DNA from: Octopus sinensis
Lineage: Eukaryota
Reading direction: 5' to 3'
NCBI RefSeq assembly: GCF_006345805.1
Contig: NC_043001.1
Location: 109,678,001-109,742,000 of the forward strand
DNA length: 64,000 nt
This document shows positions 38,838 to 52,182 of the stretch, piece after piece. The number at the start of each line of letters is the position of its first letter. The stretch's first letter is position 1. The translations under genes were made by a program, and so were the position numbers. The notes under the pieces were generated by a model, which was not told the DNA's origin, did not search any database, and saw nothing but the letters and a program-made list of their open reading frames with translations.

Positions 38838-39560
38838 TTGTTCATCTGTCGTTGTCGACGATGCTAACATATATATTATAGAAGACGGATCACTGTTTGT
38901 CCGTCTGTGTCCGATCAGTACGATACGTGCTCGGAGGTCTCAGAAGCAGGTCGGGAACTGGTTGCCTGCTGAGATTGAAGGCAAAGCGTTGACTCTGGAA
39001 TTGTGTAGTTCGTGTTTTCTTTGTGTTCTTGCAATCCTCTTGAGTCCGCAGGAGGTTGTACTGCTTTTGGTGCATCTTTGGCAGAAAGGGCTTGTCAAGG
39101 TTTGTCACAGAGCTCTTCAGCGAGTCTTTGAATGTGTAATTGAAGAGTTTTTTTTCTGTTCTCCCTTCTTGCGCTTGCCTTACACCAATTCACTGTTGGG
39201 GAATCACGCACGAGCATTCCAACAAAGTGGTCTGCTTATCTGACTTGCCTTCTCCTCAGCAGTATGTAAATGCTTCTGGATCAGCTTGAGAGAGGATCTC
39301 CGTGTCGAAGACCTTGTCTTAGCAAGTGATTTTGAAGAGCTTTCTCGGAGAGTTCAGAGTGGTTAAGTTTTTTAGCGTGACGTTTGTTGACATTCCAAAT
39401 CCAACAAGCGGACATGAGCGTAGGCAGTACATATGCTTGGTGCATCTTCAGCTTCGTGGCCAGCTTAATGCTTCTTTTCTCCCACACTGTTTCACGTTGC
39501 AGTCAGAATACTGAGCTTCCTTTGGTGTGTGTCTACTTCATCGTCAATATTCACAGATAA
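38838..39560 (-). mobile_element. RTE-BovB-like LINE 3' fragment, decayed
   Basis: IDDEVD, WEKRSIKLATKLKMHQAYVLPTL...RHAKKLNH, then a C-terminal basic/zinc-finger-like remnant and tail cgtcgacaacgacagatgaac. Confidence 0.85.
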
Positions 39561-39839
39561 ATTATGCTTTAATTCTCACCTATGAGACGTAGATTAGCAC
39601 TGATCATTGTATGGATCCATCCATCCGAACAATCAAAGCATTTTGCCAGCAGACCTTCAGCCACAATACATCTCTTGATACACTCAGTGGCTGCTATTAA
39701 CTTGCAGGCCAAGACAGAGAGATGGGATGCTTTTGAAGCCGAAAATTTTAGTTTAAGTAGATAATATTTATTTATCGCCTGAGGGAACACAACATGATCT
39801 CATAATGTAGGTAAACGGTTACATAACCAAATACCTGCA

Positions 39840-39877
39840 CGCCTGAAGAACAACGTGGCGTCGAAACAATTGTAGTG
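39840..39877 (+). ncRNA. Hammerhead-like motif (family F)
   Basis: cgc CTGAAGA aca ACG tgg CGT c GAA ACAATTGT A gtg; palindromic stem III, GUA triplet, imperfect stem II. Confidence 0.5.
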
Positions 39878-40049
39878 ATTGCAAATAAATGTTCAACTGT
39901 AATCCTTCGTGTTCACTCCAACTTATTCAATTATCTATTTACACACTACAGAAGCCCAAATTTAGATATGAAAGTACTTGATATCTAAAGTTGGACGAGT
40001 TTATAATGTACTCTACTACGTTCTTAACAGAATATAACATAACTATATA

Positions 40050-40080
<31 letters not shown>

Positions 40081-40315
40081 CTGTGTGTCTGTGTATAAGC
40101 ATAAGATCCAAGAATTCGGGTGTAGGAAGTTAGTAATCCTCAAGCAATCCGTGGGAGGTACAAAAGAACAAATTTCAGAATCAATAGTGGTTTATTGACA
40201 TAGAAGATTGTAAATTTTCTCCATATCAAATTTCGATAAGCTGGAAATGTTATTTTATAGTTCACAGTTAGCAACGTGATACGTTATGTATGCGAATGAA
40301 AATCCAAATTTATGG

Positions 40316-40590
40316 AATGTAGTTGGTAAAAATCCAGGCTACGTATATTTCTTAATTAGCAGAACCTCGGAAAAAGTAATTGCTCAACGAGAGATACTTT
40401 GCTAGCTATTTATCAGGTCAATTATACCTTACTAAAATGAAGGTTGCATTGGCGTTAACGGATCCAGTATTTACTCGCAGGAGGTTTGGTCCGATGAGTA
40501 GCTAGCAGAATACCTCTCGTTGAGTAATTACTATTTCCGTGGGTCTGCAAGCTAGGAAACTTATGTAGTTGGGATTTTACCTGCTCCATT
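40316..40590. mobile_element. MITE-like element with ~85-95-bp imperfect TIRs
   Basis: ggtaaaaatcc...ctcaacgagagatactttgctagcta versus the reverse complement of tagctagcagaatacctctcgttgag...gggattttacc; TSD not resolved. Confidence 0.75.
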
Positions 40591-40594
40591 ATCT

Positions 40595-40872
<278 letters not shown>

Positions 40873-42370
40873 TGGATGGCCTTTAGAGCCCCTCACCGAA
40901 TGTTTCGACGTTTCGGAAAAGAATACGTCAATGCAAATAATGCGATCGAAGACAGAAATGTAGGTGATGGGTGTATATGCATATTTCTAGGGTTATTGCT
41001 CTTTCTTCAGCACCACATCCAAACTATCAGCTATCAATGAAAGCATTGCTTAAAAACTATGTTTAACGGTGTAACAACATTGGATAGACGAATTCACATT
41101 TCCAGCCCACGCACACACACACACACACAAAGGCACGCACACGCACTCACAATAACGATAAGAGGGTAAGTTCAATATTTGCGCATAATTAAATATTTGA
41201 CCATGTTAAAGTTAGTTTCACCTTTTATTGCAACGTACATGTTTTTCGAGTGAATGATATTTTCCCTGACATTGTAAATCAAACCGTTATTGTGTACCTT
41301 CTTTCACGTCTAATGTATCGGTTTAAAACACGAATAACTCGTATAAATAAACGTATAGATGTCTCTAATCTTAACATTAGAAGCCAAATAGTTTCATTAC
41401 TGTTTGCTCATCAAATATTGTTTCCAATAACATTTTCCTGGTTTAGTTTCATGTTTATAATCTGAATTTAGCCTGAAATGAATTCCATACTGTGTTTGAT
41501 TATACACGTTATAATGCAGATTTCAGTTGCTTTCGGCTCAAATGAAAAACATATTCTTTTAAAAAGACATAAAGCAACTGACGTTAATTGTGCTGCTTAG
41601 CAATGTTGCATAAATATATATTTTATATAGCGTTTTATTTCTGATATAGTGTGAAGAGAAGAAATCTAAATTGAATATCTCAGTGTGGAGTAATAAATAA
41701 ATGTTTTAATAGTAATTTAAAGCAAATGGTTTGAGGCAATTTATTATGTTTCGTATTGAGATAAAAACATCTTATTAGGAGATGATTATTTACAGAAAGA
41801 GTTTATCTAACTCGTCATTATTTTGTAAGCAGAACACTGTAGCGTTAAAGGTGGAAATTGTTCTTTTGGAAGCTTTCGTTTAAGTGGTGGATTCTCATTT
41901 AAGAATAATTAAATAAAGCATCCAGGATTTTTTCCATAGTGATTCCAAACTAAAATGAGAAAAAAGAAAGATAAAAATGCAAAGACGATGCATACCCTGC
42001 GGGCACAGAATGATGAAATAAAATTTCATTTGATAAATATTTTCCCAGACGAATTCATATCGTAACAAAATGCCATCAAGAGTTATTTCCCCTGCTTATC
42101 GTTTATGTATGTGTAACATGAAAAAAAAACATTTTAGTTCACCCGTCCGCCAGTCTTAAAGATAATTAAACAAAAATTTAATGAAATCCAGTCATTTACC
42201 CAATGCGTATTTATCCCAAATTTGGTGAGAATCCGTTCTGCCGTTTATTAGTAATTCCGCAAACACACAAACAGGCAAATTGGCAAAGCCAGACACAAAC
42301 AAGAAACATTAGTGAGTAAATTTATCACGTCGTATAACAGAAATTGATATTATCGTATATCATACCTTTT

Positions 42371-42572
42371 TACTCTGGGCACAAGGCCGGAAATGGGGGT
42401 GGGGTGGTCCGTCGATTAGATCGACCCCAGTATGCAACTGGTACTTAATTTATCGACCCCAAAAGGATGAAAGGCAAAGTTGACCTCGGCGGAATTTGAA
42501 CTCAGAACGTAAAGACAGACGAGATACAGCTAAACATTTCGCCTGGCGTGCTAACGTTTCTGCCAGCTCGCC
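42371..42572 (-). mobile_element. SINE family S2
   Basis: Reverse-complement S2 head and core. Confidence 0.85.
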
Positions 42573-43159
42573 AGGCGCACAGTGTCTAGAATTTCACTAT
42601 TAATACTTTGTTGGTTAATATCAATGAATCATAATCTAATGTAGGTACACCATGGGCAGATATTGATTTCAGAATGTACAGGAGTATGAAGATTCGATTA
42701 AGCAAAAGTATTTTATGCTGAACCTTGGAATCGCGCCTTTCTCCCTTGTTAATTCTTCACTAGAAGAAGTAACGAAGATAAATGATGGCGTATTGATTTA
42801 CTGAATGATTTCAGTAACACCGGTGGAAATGCAGTACAGAAGCACCCAGCCTGGTAGAAGTTGAAGTAAGCTAAGGTGGGGGGGGAGTTGAGATGTAGTC
42901 TTGCAGTCTATTTGGTTTACAGTATGGAATATTTGAGTCTACGGCAACAACACCATTCAAGAAGTAATGAACGAAATCTGTAAGTCAATGGACATTTCGT
43001 ATAAGGTTTGAAGAGAATTAGGGGATTATAACGTGTATTTCAAAGCTCCACTAAGTTTATCGGCTACCATATACTAACATACATCAGGAATACTCCTTTT
43101 AATGGATACACATGTGGAAATCTGTTAGTGTAGCGTTGTTGCATGAATTCTTTGTGTTA

Positions 43160-43830
43160 GGCTCAATTGTGGCTGTGTGGTAAGAAGCTTGCTTCCCAAC
43201 CACCCTGTTCTGGGTTCAGTCCATGCGTTGGGCAGAAGTCTTTTCTACTTTAGCTCGGGTATACCAAAGCTTTGTGAGTAGATTTGGTAGATGGAAACTG
43301 AAAGAAGTCCGTCATATATATATATTTGTGTGTGTGTCTGCATTTGTCCACCCACCATCGCTTAAACCTACTGGCTCCCTCCCCCAAAATTTCTGGCCTT
43401 GTGCCCAGAGTAGAAAAGAATATATAAGGTGGAAGGCGGCGAGATGGCAGAAACGTTAGCACGCCGGGCGAAATACTTGCCAGTATTTCGTCTGCCGTTA
43501 CGTTCTGAGTTCAAATTCTGCAGAGGTCGACTTTGCCCTTCATCCTTTCGGGGTCGATTAAATAAGTACCAGTTACGCTCTGGGGTCGATATAATCGACT
43601 TAATCCATTTATCTGTCCTTGTTTGTCCTCTCTGTGTTTAGCCCCTTGTGGGTAGTAAAGAAATAGGTATTCCGTCTGTCTTTTCGTTCTGAGTTCAAAT
43701 TCCGCCGAGGTCGACTTTGCCTTTCATCCTTTCGGGGTCGATGAATTAAGTACCAGTTACGTATTGGGGTCGATCTAATTGACTGGCACCCTTCCCCAAA
43801 ATTTCGGGCATTGTGCCTACAGTAGAAAAG
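43160..43830 (+). mobile_element. S1 head followed by nested S2 modules
   Basis: S1 head at 43160-43370; S2 modules at 43371-43830. Confidence 0.8.
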
Positions 43831-44650
43831 AATATTTCTGACTGTTCGCTCGGCATCCATAAACCAAAATATGAACCAGAATAACGTTAGAGATTCCATT
43901 CTGATCAACAACAACAACAGCAACAAACATTACAATTCTCATCATATGAACCTTATACCTTCGTCGCTAGGATAATATCACAATCAGCGCAAGAATATTT
44001 TATACAAACAACAGCATAGCTATTGCTAGTCAAAATAGATTTCCTGCAAAACATAACTCGGTATGTTGTAGATTAACGTTTATTTTATTGTCAAAATAAC
44101 AAGCTCATACCTCGTAGTGAATCATCCTAGAGCTATTGAAAATTCTGTCTGCAAATAACAATTATTGTTTCATGATCTTTTTCCAATGTTGCTATGTGAA
44201 ACTCACGTTCAAGCAGCCATTGTTAATGGCTGTTTATTTCTGGAATGTATCTCTTTCGTTCGACATCTCAGCCGCCATTGATATCATTGCATTTGCAAAT
44301 AATGAAACCTAAAATAGATTGTAACAGATTTTATTCATAATAATTCTGTAGAATTGCTCTAGGGCCTGTCGGTTAGTCCTATCGGCATGACGTTTCCCTA
44401 TATGTGGATGTCTCAATTTATACTTCAAGTTCAAATCATATAAGTGGTACTGATTTAATATTTGTCTCACTGTAATCATATGTATACACCCACACAGATT
44501 TAGATATCTGATTTAGTATCAAATGTAAAATCAACACAAATATTTCGCAAAACTATATTTTCGTTTGCATTTCTTTCGCTTATGAAATCTAATCACGAAT
44601 TACAAGATATTGAGGATACAAAGTTTAAAACCCTTCCAAACATGGCTTAC

Positions 44651-44693
44651 CTATCCTTTGTTGTCATATATGGACGATTACCTGAGTTTGCAT
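44651..44693 (-). CDS. Candidate 43-nt exon (ANSGNRPYMTTKD), phase 1->2
   Basis: tgcaccttttaccttaaaattatacttag acceptor and gatag/gtaagc donor; open frame. Confidence 0.3.
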
Positions 44694-44902
44694 CTAAGTA
44701 TAATTTTAAGGTAAAAGGTGCAGTTCCTAGGTTTCAGCCTTTTTTTTTACCTACCGATCCGAAGTTATATGTCTGCTCAAGAAATTCTTTAGAGTGTTAG
44801 ATATATGCAATATATACATATATTTAATATAATATAATATAATATAATATAATATAATATACATACGTGCATACATACATATATATATATAATCTGTCTT
44901 GT

Positions 44903-45286
44903 CTCTCTTTTAATTGTTTCAGTCATTTCACTGCGGCCATGATGGAGCACCGCTTTTGTCGAGCAAATCGACCCCAGGATTTATTCTTTGGAAGCCTAGT
45001 ACTTATTCTATCGGTCTATTTTGCCGAACCGCTAAGTTACGGGGACGTAAACACACCAGCATCTCGTTGTCAAGCGATGTTGAGGGGACAAACACAGACA
45101 CAAAAACATATACACACCTACACACATATATATACATATATACGACGGGCTTCTTCCAGTTTCCGTCTACCAAATCCACTCACAAGGCTTTGGTCGGCCC
45201 GAGGCTATGGTAGAAAACACTTACCCAAGGTGCCACGCATTGGGAATGAACCCAGAACCTATATGGTTGGTAGCCACTCCTACGCC
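44903..45286 (-). mobile_element. SINE family S1
   Basis: Reverse-complement head and tail. Confidence 0.88.
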
Positions 45287-45472
45287 TACGATAAAATGAA
45301 GTACGAGTCTAAGGCTTGATCGATTTAGTAGACAAACAGTTTCTCACAAATTTCTGGCTCCGTGCCTATACGAGAACAAATTCCTTGTTTCTCATGAGAT
45401 GATGTGGAATGTGCCAATGGAAATGATAATAAACAGTCAATTATAATTTTCTTACTATGTAATACGATGATG

Positions 45473-45720
45473 TGGAGGCGCGTGGCTTAGTGGTTAGGGT
45501 GTCAGCACCATGATCGTAATATTGTGGTTTCAATTCCTTGACTGGGCGACGTGTTGTGTTCTTGAGCAAAACACTCCATTTCCCGTTGCTCCAGTCCACT
45601 CAGCTGGCAAAAATGAGTAACGCTGTTATGGACTGGCGTCCCGTCCAGCTGGAGAACACATACGCCATATAAACAAGGAAACCGGGCCCATGAGCCTGGC
45701 TAGGTTTTAAAAGGGTGCAT
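45473..45720 (+). mobile_element. tRNA-derived SINE family S4
   Basis: tggaggcgcgtggcttagtggttaggg head; gtgttcttgagcaaaacact...ccagtccactcagctg central domain. Confidence 0.8.
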
Positions 45721-46379
45721 TGATAATTTTTTAATACGATGATGGTCTTGATAGTGGTTATGTTGATGAGAACAACGTTGGTGGTTATGATAATTTCGAT
45801 GAAGATTACACGAAAATATGGAAAGACTAAGCAAATGAGAAAGATGAAGATCACTTTTGTCTGATACCGATGTTAATGACGTTGCGTTTGTAGAAGTAAG
45901 GTCTATTTCGAAAGTGAAATGATTTAATATATAATTCCTTTGTGCCAGCAAATGAAGAGGAATATTTAACGGCACAGAGCCGGGAGAATGAAGAGGACTC
46001 CAGCTGATCCGATCAGCTTGTGAAATGAACGTGCAAGGAGCTGAGCACTCAACAGACACGCGTACCTTTAGTATAGTTCTCGGGAATAGTCAACCTGAAT
46101 GTGACAAGATTGGCCCGTTGAATTACAGCCACAACACAATTTTTTTGCAAGTTGAGTGGACTGGAGTAACGTGAAATAAATTACATTCTCAAGGACACCA
46201 ATACTCCAAACCGACTAAACCGTACACCTTCACTAACAGAATAGGACTATTATATAAACGATTGAGATGATTTACTCATGTTTAGTTGCTAATCTTTATC
46301 CGCTTAGAGGGTTTCTATTATTTAATCTTACGCTTAAGAAAATAAAGAACGTGTAGTGGCTAGCGAGCTATCATGGCGA

Positions 46380-46413
<34 letters not shown>

Positions 46414-46548
46414 TATATATAGGTTTGTTCTACCATTTACAATTTTACATTAATCAGAAGGATTTTTGTATCCAACCATGGCTTAGTTGGACGAAACCTC
46501 AGAGTCTCTCAATCATTTTCTTTCAATGTTTCACCAAAAATGACAATT

Positions 46549-47139
46549 GCCACATTGCTAGAAATTGAAGCTAAACCGCCCTAATTCTGTAGTTAACACA
46601 CCTGATTGAAAACATATACAATAACAAAGGACATAATCATCCGAAATGTGCCGATCGAGAATGCTTAATACTGACGCATCAGTTTCGGCACTTTTCGGAC
46701 GGTTATGGTTCTAGTCAGTGTAAATGTTTTCATTCCTGTGTGTTAACTACATCATTAGAGCGTTTTAGCTCTCATTTCTAGCTATGTAGGTTGCTTTCTA
46801 ACACCCTAGTCGCATTTAGTGACATTTGTAATTTTCGTTTTTACTGAAACATTTTAAACTGTTTTTCATATTAATTTTATATATACACATTAGCGAATCA
46901 CTAAATTATCGAAGTATTTTGATGACGGAAACATATATATTAATGGCGATGCGAGTCCGGAAAGTACCGAAGACGAACTGATGAGGCGACGGAAACTGCC
47001 GAAACCGACGCATCAGGACGATTATGGTCCCAGTTAGTGCATATGTACTCATCATGTGCGTTACCTACAGTATTAGAGCGTTTTAGTTCTTATTTCTAGA
47101 AATGTAGGTGTTTTCTAACTCCCTAGTCGTATTAGTGAT

Positions 47140-47140
<1 letters not shown>
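46549..47140. mobile_element. Family E pLTR-like element: inverted pair plus a third direct copy
   Basis: Arms at 46549-46690 and 46700-46830, third copy at 46975-47140; hammerhead halves at 46669-46690 (-) and 46978-47017 (+). Confidence 0.7.
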
Positions 47141-47191
<51 letters not shown>

Positions 47192-47492
47192 ATATTATAT
47201 ATAGGGGTTTGTATGATTGTGTATAGAGGGATATATATTATTCAAAGGAATTCCAACTCTGTCTGTTTTTTATGTTTTATTTATATTCTTTATAATATTA
47301 ATGTAGAATATAGAATATATAGTATAAATAGTATATATAGTAAAATGAAATGAATTATTGATTGTCTTATTGAATAGATGAATATTGAATATAAAATATT
47401 AGGGGACTAGTATACATTCTTGCACTAAATCAGTCTTCAAGGTCCCAGGTTGTGACAGGCTTCAACTGTGTTTCTACTATATATATATATAT

Positions 47493-47538
<46 letters not shown>

Positions 47539-48044
47539 TATATATATATGTATGTATATATATACGTACATATATATACACATACATACAAACATACATA
47601 TATACATACACACATGCATACATGCATACATACATATAATTGTCTTACAGCGTTTGGTAAATTGACACTATCATTATTTGTGCTACCCTTCTATTACTGT
47701 AGCTTTAAATAAAGTCACAACGCATTTTCACTCTTCATCTCGTTGTGATCGAATTTAATTATTGTTTCAAGCTAATAACACCTCAGTCCTAATAAGAACG
47801 CGTATGCGTTCGGTTTTACAGTTTCATCCAACTTTAAACTGCTGGCAATAGCTTTGATGATAAGTTCGGAATTCCTAAGCATAGATTCTTCTTTGAAGAA
47901 TCGTTATAGTTCACTGTATCGAGCAATTCAATTTAACCTATAAACTGTTTGGCATTTAATTTTACCTATCCTAGAAGAGTTAAATACAAAATTGACCATT
48001 GTGGTTTTTTTAACCCAGAGCAATATAATATAATATGATACATA

Positions 48045-48346
48045 TTTGTTCCTTCTCGAGCCATGCCTGGCTCATTAGGGCCGGTTTCCCGGTTTCCTTG
48101 GCCTATAGGTTCCCCACCTGGACGGGACGCCGGTCTGTCGCAGGTGAGCTGCAAGATGCAGGAGGAAAGAGTGAGAGAAAGTTGTGGGGAAAGAGTCAGT
48201 AGAAATTCGCCATTACCTTCTGCCGGAGCCGCGTGAAGCTTAGGTGTTTTTGCTCATAATCACACACATCACCCGGTCTGAGATTCGAATCCGCAATCCC
48301 TCGACCGCGACTCCGCTGCTCTAACTACTAGGCCATGTGCCTCCAC
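48045..48346 (-). mobile_element. SINE, S3-like head with S4-like tail
   Basis: Reverse complement reads tggaggcacatggcctagtagttagagcagcgg...ggcgtcccgtccagg...ggaaaccggccct. Confidence 0.75.
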
Positions 48347-48758
48347 TATAATATAATATAATATAATATAATATAATATAATATAATATAATATAATTAA
48401 TATAATATAATATAATATAAAAGGTCTTAAGATATAATATTACTTGGACCGGCTTTCTAAAACCTTGACACTCTCACTGCCTAATTTCCTTACGTCTTTA
48501 CTCGTTTGCTACGTTACTTGAGCCTTTGACTTGTGGTAGAGTCACAGGAGCTCATCTATGAGAAAAGACTTCACCAGTAATTGCATAGATAACCTAGAAC
48601 ATAACATTGCTTATGATTTGTCACTTCTTGGTCTATCTTTTCTTCTGTCTCCATTTTTCTTGAAACAAAGTGCTACAAAGTATGGCCCATGCAAGGTAAA
48701 TACATCTTGTCATAGATAAAAACAAAAGCAGCCATTTTTTTCTCACTGTTTTTACAAG

Positions 48759-48804
48759 ATGACTCATATTCGACTTCTTTTAGTTTTAGTGCTTGCGTTT
48801 GCAA
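48759..48804 (+). CDS. Candidate first coding exon encoding a signal-peptide-like MTHIRLLLVLVLAFA
   Basis: ATG directly after ttttctcactgtttttacaag; 46 nt ending in phase 1 at gtatga; basic n-region, hydrophobic core, AFA end. A possible upstream donor aag/gtaaat lies at 48696. Confidence 0.3.
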
Positions 48805-48983
48805 GTATGATATTGTGAAATTAATGAGCATGCGCAGAAGATACAGATTTTGTCCTGAATTCATTGCTACGCAAATATTAGATTAACTACCTTCAATTTC
48901 TTTCTCTTTCTGCGATTTATTTTTCTAGCATACACCCCCACACGCCTATTAGAAGAAAGCTACACGCATGCATATAAGCTTAT

Positions 48984-49055
<72 letters not shown>

Positions 49056-50069
49056 CATATACATATATATATCTGTATATATATACATATTTATGCACAT
49101 ATACATGTGTGTATATATGTGTATATATATACATATATATTTATATGCATAGTTACATGTATGTATATATATATATATATATTATATATATATATTATAT
49201 ATATATATGTATGTATTATACACACATGGGCACAAACATGCGCAGTTAAATATGCAATAATAAACATAAACATCCCTATATTTGTGTGTGTATATATGTT
49301 TTTGTGTATTGTGCGTATGATGTGTATAGAAGTTTCTGCTCCTCATGTGCATGTGTGAGTGTGTATGTACTCTCTCTCTCTCCTGTATTAAATAAATATG
49401 ACTACTAAATTTCTGGTTTTGTAATATTGTGTCTATTTTTAACACTGTTTTGTCATATTTTTACCATCGTTATCAGATCATTATGCCGTGTGATGTAACT
49501 TTTGTGCACAAGAAACAAGAAAAAAAAAAAAGAAAGCACTCGACGTAGAATAATAACTAATTTCTTTCCCTTATTAAGTCCTTTCTACGTACATCCAATT
49601 CTATCTGGATTTTATTTATTTATTTATTTATCTATTTATTTATCTATTTATTCATTTATTTATTTATTTTGCTTTCATTGTTTTCACTCGTTCAATCACA
49701 TATATTCAAAGCTTCCTACTTTCTGCCATATTGTTTAATACTTATAACAGTTTCTTATTTCTTTCCTCTACGTTCCCCTGAGTTAATATTAGATTTTATA
49801 TACACACACACACGCACACACAACACATACACACTTATTCAAATACAGGCCCACATACACATATATATCCACTATTGATTTTGTATTATCTTTATGGTTC
49901 TAGGTTTACGAATTTAACATTATACTCACTGAGGAACGAATGTATTTAAGTTGCATTATTAGCTCAAAAAGTGTTAATGATAACAGGTCTCACTAGCACA
50001 ACTGCAAGGAATTATGTGGAAAACTTTTACTCGCCTTTCTACTTTCCTTATAGTTATACGTAAACTATC

Positions 50070-50079
50070 AATCTATCTA

Positions 50080-50157
<78 letters not shown>

Positions 50158-50191
50158 AATATGTCTGTCTGTCTGTCTGTCTGTCTATCCT

Positions 50192-50241
<50 letters not shown>

Positions 50242-50275
50242 AATATGTCTGTCTGTCTGTCTGTCTGTCTATCCT

Positions 50276-50331
<56 letters not shown>

Positions 50332-50355
50332 CTATCTATCTATCTATCTATCTAT
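50070..50355. repeat. (TATC)n/(TGTC)n microsatellite
   Basis: Direct reading. Confidence 0.95.
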
Positions 50356-50366
50356 ACACACACATA

Positions 50367-50727
50367 TATAAGAGACAGTGTACAATTAAGCACATTAAGA
50401 GGTTTCCATCATAGGACTCCTTTACGCTAGAAAGTACAGCTAAAGACCAAACCGCTAATTAGGAATAAATTTTCGAAGGGAATGAAAAATAAAAAAAACA
50501 TTTACCATCTCTTTCCTGGACCATGGTTTCTGACTTATTCTAGCAAATAGAATAATAACTAGAATAACTATAATTACTAGAATAAGTCCGGAACCATGGT
50601 CCAGGAAAGAGATGGTAAATGTTTTTATTTTTCATTCTCTTCGACAATTTATCCCTAATTAGTAGTTTGGACTTTAGCTGTTCTTTCTAGCGTAAAGGAT
50701 GTGTTTAAATGTACACTGTGTCTTATA
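50367..50727. mobile_element. Long inverted repeat (pLTR-like) with hammerhead 3' halves
   Basis: 50367-50542 versus 50577-50727; GAA ACCATGGT C on the minus strand at 50519-50530. Confidence 0.75.
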
Positions 50728-50809
50728 TGAATAATATATAGTCTATTGACAAATTTTTCTATACGCTAGGCCACTGGTAGTAAAAATGTCTAAAATTTCT
50801 AAAATATAT

Positions 50810-50844
<35 letters not shown>

Positions 50845-50846
<2 letters not shown>

Positions 50847-51003
50847 CGCAGCAGTGGCTGTGTTGTTGTAAGAAGCTTACTTACAAACCACATGGTTCCG
50901 GATTCTCTCCCACTGCGTGACACATTCAGCAAATGGATTATATTACAGCTTCGGGCCGATCAAAGCCTTGTGACTGGATTTGGTTGACGGAAACTGAAAG
51001 AAG
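50845..51003 (+). mobile_element. SINE S1 head
   Basis: tRNA-like head. Confidence 0.8.
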
Positions 51004-51010
51004 ACTGTCT

Positions 51011-52126
51011 GTTTTTTTATATCTGTCCCTTTTGCTGTCCTGGTGTTCGTATGCATTCGATCCTTCTTCCAGGAAATCTACGCTTCCAGCTTAGTTTTTC
51101 TAATGCTCGTTGCTTAGTTTTTCTTGGAGGGCTGGCCGTGATCTAGTAATCTCAAGATTAATCAGCCGAAATTACTACGATGATCCGGTTCTTGACTGAA
51201 GACTGAGGGGTTCGAATGTCCTGTCCATTTTATTGTGTCGTCTTCTAAGAGTTATACGTTCTTGTCCTTGTTGTATTTTTCTACATACCTTAACATATAT
51301 TCCAAGGCGCCCCGTACCCACCTTATCATTAATGTGAGCACATATACTTAATAATTGGTACGACTCTCTTTTTGTCTCCTCTCCCTCTCATTTTTACTTG
51401 ATCTGTCCCCCCCTCTCTCTCTCTCGCTCTCTCTTCTCTCTACTCATCCTCTTTTTCTCTTCTCTTTACCCTCCTATTTCTTTGTCTCGCTCTGCACTCA
51501 CAGGTCATTCTTCGACACCCATCCCTTCTCCTCTCTGATCCCTTCTTTCTCTCTCTTCTCTCTCTTTGTTGCGTTTGTCCCTCGTCTCTCTCTCTCTCTC
51601 TCTTCCTTTGCTTCTCTTTCTTTTCTTTTCCCTCTTCTCTGTCACGTGACTGTTGGCCGAAATCTGCCTTTCAGCTCCTGACCCTCGTCGTGTTAACAAC
51701 GTTGTTTTTCGTCCGCCGCTATAAAGGCTTCTTTCAATGCGCCAGAAAAAAATTTGTTTGCTTGTTATCAGTCGTAAGACCTTGTTGTTTTCACCGTTAA
51801 TGCTTCTGTATTTCATGTTTCTGTATTCCATTATGTTTTTTTTTTGTTTTTTTATATCTGTCCCTTTTGCTGTCCTGGTGTTCGTATGCATTCGATCCTT
51901 CTTCCAGGAAATCTACGCTTCCATCTTAGTTTTTCTAATGCTCGTTGCTAGTTTTTCTTGGAGGGTGGCCGTGATCTAGTAATCTCAAGATTAATCAGCC
52001 GAAATTACTACGATGATCCGGTTCTTGACTGAAGACTGAGGGGTTCGAATGTCCTGTCCATGTTTATTGTGTCGTCTTCTAAGAGTTATACGTTCTTGTC
52101 CTTGTTGTATTTTTCTACATACCTTA

Positions 52127-52127
<1 letters not shown>
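51011..52127. mobile_element. Family G element: two ~282-bp direct repeats 835 bp apart around a CT-rich spacer
   Basis: 51011-51293 and 51846-52127 are nearly identical. Confidence 0.85.

Positions 52128-52182
<55 letters not shown>

Noticed and set aside
39581-39778. Open minus-strand segment with good splice-like flanks
   Set aside because: More simply explained as the antisense of a PLE 3' end; the peptide is unremarkable. It also shows that chance exon-like signals occur in this window.
40900-40945. GAAACGTC (minus) hammerhead 3' half
   Set aside because: No 5' core or stem II.
42080-42320. Possible Helentron/HINE-like fragment
   Set aside because: Only generic internal motifs; no termini identified.
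42923-42979. Plus-strand exon-like segment (tttacag...gtaagt)
   Set aside because: Only one short frame is open, there is no compatible neighbour, and the surrounding DNA looks like a decayed ORF of unknown type.
44207-44308. 102-nt minus-strand exon-like segment
   Set aside because: Stops in all three frames.
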